A DNA stretch of 64,000 bases, taken from an uncultured Verrucomicrobiae bacterium. Its GTDB lineage: Bacteria; Verrucomicrobiota; Verrucomicrobiia; Chthoniobacterales; JAFAMB01. The notes beneath the pieces are model-generated. The model was not told the origin of the DNA, ran no database searches, and saw only the letters and a list, made by a program, of their open reading frames with translations. Shown piece by piece: positions 58,709 to 64,000 of this stretch (its first letter is position 1; every line of letters starts with the position of its first letter). A program made the position numbers and the translations under genes. The stretch covers positions 544,001-608,000 of the forward strand of contig CAVXLD010000003.1 in NCBI GenBank assembly GCA_963762565.1, given 5' to 3'.

Positions 58709-59362
58709 ATGGAGGAATTAGAGGACAGTGGCTCGCCGGTCTGGCGGTTTGTGCTCGAGCGGGCCGTACACGAGTTCAACAATCGGGTGGGTGGTATTCT
58801 CTCGGTGAGCGATGCCCATCTCTCCCGGCGAATCGAGAATCGTGAACTACGGGAAAGTCTTTGGCTGATTAGGGACGGCGCGAAAGCCGCCAGTGACTTT
58901 GTGGTGACAATGGCTGATCTGTTGACGGCCGACGAAGCCGGGCCGGAAATGACCCGGCTAAGCGAGTTACGAGAATATCTCGTGGCAAAACTGCGGCTTT
59001 TCTTGCCGCGCCACATTCAGATAAATACGCCGGCTGGTTCCAGCGATGCGGAGGTCAAAGTAAATGCCAAGCAGCTTTTGTTCTGCTTATTAGCGTTGCT
59101 CCAGAAAGAGCTGTCCGGCGAGCAGCCACCATCATTCTTGTTGGAACTGTCGATTAAGGTCGAACGCTCGACCGCTTGGCTGGTCTATCGCTCGACTGGT
59201 CACACGGGAGGTGTGCAAGCTGAGTTCTGTAAGACGGTGTTTACCAAGATAAGGCCGTCGCTGAGACGCTTGGAGATTCAGGAGAACCCGTCTGAATTCG
59301 AGGTTGCCATGGGCTTTCCGAACTCGCCTGAGGCTCGTTCAAAAATGACAAATCAAAAATGA
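58709..59362 (+). CDS. Degenerate histidine-kinase-like protein (DHp plus decayed ATPase domain)
   Basis: H-box-like AVHEFNN..GGIL; no recognisable N, G1 or G2 boxes. Confidence 0.55.
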   Translation: MEELEDSGSPVWRFVLERAVHEFNNRVGGILSVSDAHLSRRIENRELRESLWLIRDGAKAASDFVVTMADLLTADEAGPEMTRLSELREYLVAKLRLFLPRHIQINTPAGSSDAEVKVNAKQLLFCLLALLQKELSGEQPPSFLLELSIKVERSTAWLVYRSTGHTGGVQAEFCKTVFTKIRPSLRRLEIQENPSEFEVAMGFPNSPEARSKMTNQK

Positions 59363-59435
59363 CAGATGACAAATATTGGTTGGGGCCAGCGTGTTCCGGC
59401 AAAATTTGTCATTTGTCATTCTGTCATCTGTCATT
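59345..59435. repeat. Inverted ATGACA(A/G) arrays overlapping both convergent stop codons
   Basis: atgacaaatcaaaaatgacagatgacaaa versus tttgtcatttgtcattctgtcatctgtcat; similar arrays at 56993-57057. Confidence 0.85.
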
Positions 59436-60110
59436 CGCAGGCGAGTCTCCGATCAGCTGCCGCAGCCTTTCGACGCTGAGTTCGTCGAGTTGGTGAACGG
59501 CGACATCTGCACCCTTCAATAAGTCAATTGAGTTGGTGGTAGCGACCGCTACCACTTTCATACCGCCGCGATGTGCTGCCTCGATTCCGACCAAAGCGTC
59601 CTCGAAAACGACGCACCTCTCGGGAGGCAGGCTCAGACGGCCTGCCGCTTTCACGAACACCTCGGGATCGGGCTTACCATGGGAGACATCTTCAGCCGTG
59701 ATGATAGCTTGAAAGCGATCCTTGAGGCCGATCGATTTCAAACCGGTCTCAATGTTCAGCCGATGCGTCGAGGAGCCGATCGCGCACGGGATTCCGGCAT
59801 CCCTCAGCCGGCTCAACCACGTCACCACACCGGCTAACGGCTCAAGGCCCCATTCCAGAACGATCTCCCGGTAGAGAGCCTCCTTCCGCAGTGAAAGCCG
59901 GTTAATCTCGGCTGGATCCAAAGTCCACTGCAGAAAATTCGGAATAATGACTTCGTTCTTCATCCCGAACCCTTTCTTGAAGTGGCCCGGCGGAAGGCTG
60001 TGCCCGGTTTCTTTGGCTAATCTTTCCCAACTTTCCTCGTGATGAGCGGAGGAGTCGATGACCACTCCGTCCCAATCGAATATTGCGCCAATAGAGCCCT
60101 GATCAGACAT
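59424..60110 (-). CDS. HAD-family phosphatase (beta-phosphoglucomutase-like)
   Basis: FDWDGV, SS, KPDP and FED motifs. Confidence 0.93.
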   Translation of the reverse strand: MSDQGSIGAIFDWDGVVIDSSAHHEESWERLAKETGHSLPPGHFKKGFGMKNEVIIPNFLQWTLDPAEINRLSLRKEALYREIVLEWGLEPLAGVVTWLSRLRDAGIPCAIGSSTHRLNIETGLKSIGLKDRFQAIITAEDVSHGKPDPEVFVKAAGRLSLPPERCVVFEDALVGIEAAHRGGMKVVAVATTNSIDLLKGADVAVHQLDELSVERLRQLIGDSPANDR

Positions 60111-60118
60111 AGGAAATT

Positions 60119-60642
60119 AAACCGCGAATGTACACGAATGGATCCGCCTGCGCCAAGCCTACGGCGCGACAGGCTGCGAAGTTAAGCCAAAGTGGGGTGG
60201 CACGTCGAGGGCGGAAAATTCAACCGCAGCCCCGAAATTCTCCGGGGTGAAATGGACGCAGATTTACGCGGATGGCGCGGAAGGATGCCGAACTTGTGGA
60301 GCGTGCCTCGCTTGCGAGGCCGTGGTAACCAGGGCGAGATTGTGAGCACGTCTCTGCGCGATCTGCACTCTGCGAATTTCGATCGGAGAATTGTCCCTTG
60401 TTTAGCATGAAGCCAAAGTCGGTGATGACCTGGCGAGAACCGTACTCGCCCGTCGCGACTGCGCTACAGAGCGCAGACTGCGCAGTGGCCCACTCCATTC
60501 ATTTCCCCGCGTCACCACGGCCTCGCAAGCGAGGCACGCTCCACAAGTCGACATCCGGCGGTTCACCTATCTGCGTAAATCTGCGTCCATTTCACCCCGG
60601 AGAATTTCGGGGCTGCGGTTGAAGCTTTGGCCTCTCGCGGTT
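60119..60642. repeat. Three-level nested palindrome
   Basis: Outer AACCGCGA/TCGCGGTT, middle 60222-60621, inner 60293-60548. Confidence 0.85.
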
Positions 60643-62180
60643 CAGAAGCGACGCATGGCAGGGAGTGAATACGTTTTTTGGAGCTGGGCGGCGTCCTGCT
60701 GGACTTGGTTGGCATCGAGATACATCACCTTGGGATCCAGATCGAATTCGATCTTGTGAAATCCGTTAATCGGTTTCTCGATCGCTTTGGCCACATCTTC
60801 CAGCCGATAGATCGGTTGGCCATTGACCCGTTCGACGGCCATATAATTCAGCTGCGGATAACCGATGGTATCGTTGTTTGGCAAGATCTGGCTTAAGAAA
60901 ACGATCTTACGCGGCTTAGGAAAAAGATCGCCTTGGTAATGATCGAAATATACGAATCGCTGCGGAGCTTCCCTCTGCCAGGCCGGTCCCCATTCTCGCA
61001 GATATTGGCGGCTAAGCTCTCCAAAAACTAACCCACCCAAGATCAGGTAGCGCGGAGCTCGCCCGATGATATATGGATCGATCACGTAATCTTGGGGCGG
61101 TTTATGGAACAAGGACACAACGACGTCCTTGCGTTCGCCATGCCGGAGTAATGTGACCGGCACTTTTTGGCCCGAGTACGACAACGTGGTGATGAGATGC
61201 GTAATCGAGAGCCGGCCATAAAGCGAGTCGTCGTAATCGCCGTCTGAGTCGATAGACTTTCCGGCAACCGATAACAAGACGTCACCGGTTTGAATATCGG
61301 CCTGGGCAGCGGGTGCGTCGGGCTCGACATCGTCGACGTAGATACCGCCTTCGGAATCGGCCAGCTTTTCATACTGGCGGAACTGCGGATCTCGGGTCGG
61401 CGAAAACGAGATGCCGAAGCTCGGGAACCCTTGGTACGGTTGATGGTCGGCTTCCTTCAGAAAATGTTGAATGACCGGCGTTGAGATGCCTTCGATGGTC
61501 TGAGAACGGGGATCATACCGAAGGAGCATCGAGATCAGGTGATGATCCTGTACAATCGGCAACGTGAAACTGTTGTCTCGGTACTGCAGAGGACAGCTCA
61601 TCTTGAACAGAAGATAGCTATAATCTTCCAGTGCGTAGTGACCTACCTCAGCGCTGGTCATGAGCGCCTCTGTGGACACCGGTGTGCCGTTCGCCTCCAA
61701 CTGGACCACAGACAAATGGTCTCCGACTTTCGGATCCAGGCTGGTGTCCAGCGGTTGGAGATCTTTCAGGAAATCCGAGCTGGTGGGCTTTAGCAGCGCC
61801 AGGTCCGTTTCGTAATCGACAACGGCAACCTTGGCGCTGGTTCGTTCACCCGTATCTGGTTTTTCCAGTTCAATGAAATTGCTGTCCTCGACCAACTCCG
61901 CGGTCACCAAAACTTCCCCTCCGTCGATGACAGCGCCCAGACCACGCCGATTATAAGGCGCCTTCTTGCTCCACGGACGGAAGAAATCGTATGTCTGATT
62001 GGTTGAGTTTACTCGGAGTACGGAACCGCCTTTTAATTCTGTTGCCAGTCTCTCTTTGGGTGCTGCCGATGGACCCGCTTCCGGAGCCGGCGTTCCCGCC
62101 GGGGTGGGGCTAGGATTTTCGGCGGCTAACGCAGATGCCGTGAACAACACTAGTATCTGAAAACAGAGTAAAACTCTCAT
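60642..62180 (-). CDS. Deg/HtrA-like PDZ protein with degenerate protease site
   Basis: Paralogous to the neighbour; VTAELV replaces TNAHV and DNSFT replaces GNSGG. Confidence 0.8.
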   Translation of the reverse strand: MRVLLCFQILVLFTASALAAENPSPTPAGTPAPEAGPSAAPKERLATELKGGSVLRVNSTNQTYDFFRPWSKKAPYNRRGLGAVIDGGEVLVTAELVEDSNFIELEKPDTGERTSAKVAVVDYETDLALLKPTSSDFLKDLQPLDTSLDPKVGDHLSVVQLEANGTPVSTEALMTSAEVGHYALEDYSYLLFKMSCPLQYRDNSFTLPIVQDHHLISMLLRYDPRSQTIEGISTPVIQHFLKEADHQPYQGFPSFGISFSPTRDPQFRQYEKLADSEGGIYVDDVEPDAPAAQADIQTGDVLLSVAGKSIDSDGDYDDSLYGRLSITHLITTLSYSGQKVPVTLLRHGERKDVVVSLFHKPPQDYVIDPYIIGRAPRYLILGGLVFGELSRQYLREWGPAWQREAPQRFVYFDHYQGDLFPKPRKIVFLSQILPNNDTIGYPQLNYMAVERVNGQPIYRLEDVAKAIEKPINGFHKIEFDLDPKVMYLDANQVQQDAAQLQKTYSLPAMRRF

Positions 62181-63643
62181 CGAAGGGTCTCCTCTCCCAG
62201 GTTCCGCTCAAGGCGTACCCCATAATTTTCCCCGATGCGTGCTTTCGCTTCTTCTACCGCACTCCTTTGAAGTACTGCCGGGCGACTCGCTCCGATAAAC
62301 TTGATCACATAGAAATCCGAGGTTTCATCGAATGCGTTTGCAGCGTCGGCCAGGGTGCGAATCTTATGGCCATTGATCTCGTCCACGATCTGATAACGGA
62401 ATTCAGAAAGGTAGGCATTAACAGGGTCTGGCAGAATATTCGAGAGAATGATGACTTGGGGATGTTCCTTGAAGATCTCGTCATTGATGAAGTTGTTGTA
62501 GAAATAGCGCACCCGCAGGTCTTCGATTTGATAAGCTTCGATCAAGTTCCTGGATAACGGCTGGAAAACTAGGCCGCCGAACATGACGAAACGGGGATAC
62601 TCGTCAAAGATGTTAGCCTGTATGAGGTAGGAATTATTTGGTTCTAACTCGATCTCGGCAGTGAGCCGCTGGTGATTCCGCAATAGATCGACGTTAACTT
62701 TGTCACCTTTCAGTTTCCGCTCGATGATCTCAGCCAAGTCGACATTCTCGCCATCTAGTTCAACGGTTTCGTCGCTGATGACGCGATGACCATCGACCGC
62801 GAGCAGGACGTCGCCGGGTTGCAGTTTGCCGGCGGCACAGGCGTCGCTTTCGATTGAGCTGACCAAGACTCCGGTGTCATCGTCGGGAAGACCTAGCGCC
62901 CGGCGCGCCGCGGCATTGGTGAGGCCTTCCACAACAATCGACCAGTCGACGTACCGGTTGTAATGTCCGCTGGCGATATCGGCTAAAAACCGTTGTATGA
63001 CCGGTGTCGGAATCATGAACCCGACGTTTTGAGCGACGTCGCCGGAGTAACCTTGAAAGGCGATCCCTACAACTTTGCCGTTCTGCAACACCGGACCCCC
63101 TGAGTTACCCGGATTAATCGCAGCGTCGATTTGGACAGCGAGATGGGAGTCGGCTCCTGAGTGGCTATAGCTTTCGAAATCGATTCGCGAGACAATGCCT
63201 TGGGTGACCGAGATTCGTTCACCGCCAATGGGGTAACCGTACACGTCTACCCCGCTCTGGATCGTCGGTAACGGTCCCAAATGCAGGGGCAGCATCGTCT
63301 TAAAAAAATTCGGATCTGAAATCTTGACGATGGCCAGGTCGCAGTCGTGCGCGACGAATTGAACCTGGCCGCTGTATTGACGAGGATCGTTCTCTCTCTG
63401 AACGGAAATGAACCGGGCGTTGCTGATCACGTGGGCGTTCGTCAGGATTCGGTTGCCGTCGATGACAAATCCTGCGCCGATTCCTGTTGAAATGCTGCCT
63501 GGATTCCACGGTACTCGATAATCGGGTTCCTGAGCCGTTGTCGTGATACGGACAATGCTCTTGTAGACATCGACCTTGGGAGTATCGGCAACCGCGCTCG
63601 TGGCAACCAAGTACGCGATAGCGAAAAGTGTACTACGAATCAT
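62177..63643 (-). CDS. Trypsin-like (Deg/HtrA) serine protease with PDZ domains
   Basis: TNAHV, CDLA and AAINPGNSGGP triad; GGLVFQPL PDZ segment; signal peptide. Confidence 0.95.
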   Translation of the reverse strand: MIRSTLFAIAYLVATSAVADTPKVDVYKSIVRITTTAQEPDYRVPWNPGSISTGIGAGFVIDGNRILTNAHVISNARFISVQRENDPRQYSGQVQFVAHDCDLAIVKISDPNFFKTMLPLHLGPLPTIQSGVDVYGYPIGGERISVTQGIVSRIDFESYSHSGADSHLAVQIDAAINPGNSGGPVLQNGKVVGIAFQGYSGDVAQNVGFMIPTPVIQRFLADIASGHYNRYVDWSIVVEGLTNAAARRALGLPDDDTGVLVSSIESDACAAGKLQPGDVLLAVDGHRVISDETVELDGENVDLAEIIERKLKGDKVNVDLLRNHQRLTAEIELEPNNSYLIQANIFDEYPRFVMFGGLVFQPLSRNLIEAYQIEDLRVRYFYNNFINDEIFKEHPQVIILSNILPDPVNAYLSEFRYQIVDEINGHKIRTLADAANAFDETSDFYVIKFIGASRPAVLQRSAVEEAKARIGENYGVRLERNLGEETLR

Positions 63644-63731
63644 CTGTATGTAAGGCCGGAACCTTGCCTAGAAGGGCGGGAGTGTAAAATGGATTGTGGT
63701 TTTTGCGAAGGGGGGCGCAAAGCGGTTCTCC

Positions 63732-63976
63732 GGTAGGGCGAAAAACTCGGCGCGCCCATGACTTTGATTTCTGTTGCATAAAAAATCGCGCCGGTTTCGA
63801 GCCGCTCCGTGTGGCCGTTTTTGTTCGACCGCATGCGATTGCGGGCGTTCAATCTTAAACCCACCTTTGATGCTGCTAAACGCACGGCGCGGCTCAAATC
63901 CGGCGCGGAAGGCCGACAAGAAATGGCGTCATCCTGGGCGCGCCGAGACCCGCCGCCGCTACGCTTTGGCGCGGCC
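63732..63976. repeat. GTAG-type palindromic element with interrupted right end
   Basis: Same IRs as 34280-34497. Confidence 0.82.
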
Positions 63977-64000
63977 TTGTTCTGTATCGTGTCAGGCCTA

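Noticed and set aside
421..63976. CRISPR array
   Set aside because: The repeats are 6-9-nt tandems or inverted pairs, not 25-40-nt direct repeats with regular unique spacers, and no cas genes are present.
1..64000. Prophage, integrase or autonomous IS
   Set aside because: No ORF with DDE, HUH, tyrosine or serine recombinase motifs or phage structural features was recognised.

Overview
A 64-kb core-genome segment of a Gram-negative bacterium, most likely Verrucomicrobiota. That call is inferred from a Verrucomicrobia/Planctomycetes-restricted family gene, dapL, and a kdsA-lptCAB-hpf-hprK-ptsH-ptsI block. There are about 55 genes: der, pgsA, an amidase, ppaC, amino-acid, sulfate and Zn/Mn ABC transporters, an Rrf2 regulator, dhaL, an L,D-transpeptidase, M16/M61/S9/Deg proteases, sodA, asd, fabG, a TIR-TM-TPR protein and a sigma54 response regulator. 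No rRNA, tRNA, CRISPR array, transposase or prophage was seen. The most unusual signal is non-coding. Most larger intergenic gaps hold nested palindromic elements built from 6-9-nt tandem repeats, at least six REP-like doublet families, a MITE and 22-30-nt hairpin inserts that occur at both filled and empty sites. Some of these repeats supply stop codons, a start codon and the cores of signal peptides. Other candidates are a sigma54-dependent sRNA (about 3095-3245), a structured RNA of about 185 nt after the TIR gene, a long hairpin before hpf, a ChpT-like degenerate kinase, an active/inactive Deg protease pair, a 41-aa unannotated lipoprotein and an L,D-transpeptidase remnant. All calls come from reading motifs by eye; no database search was run.
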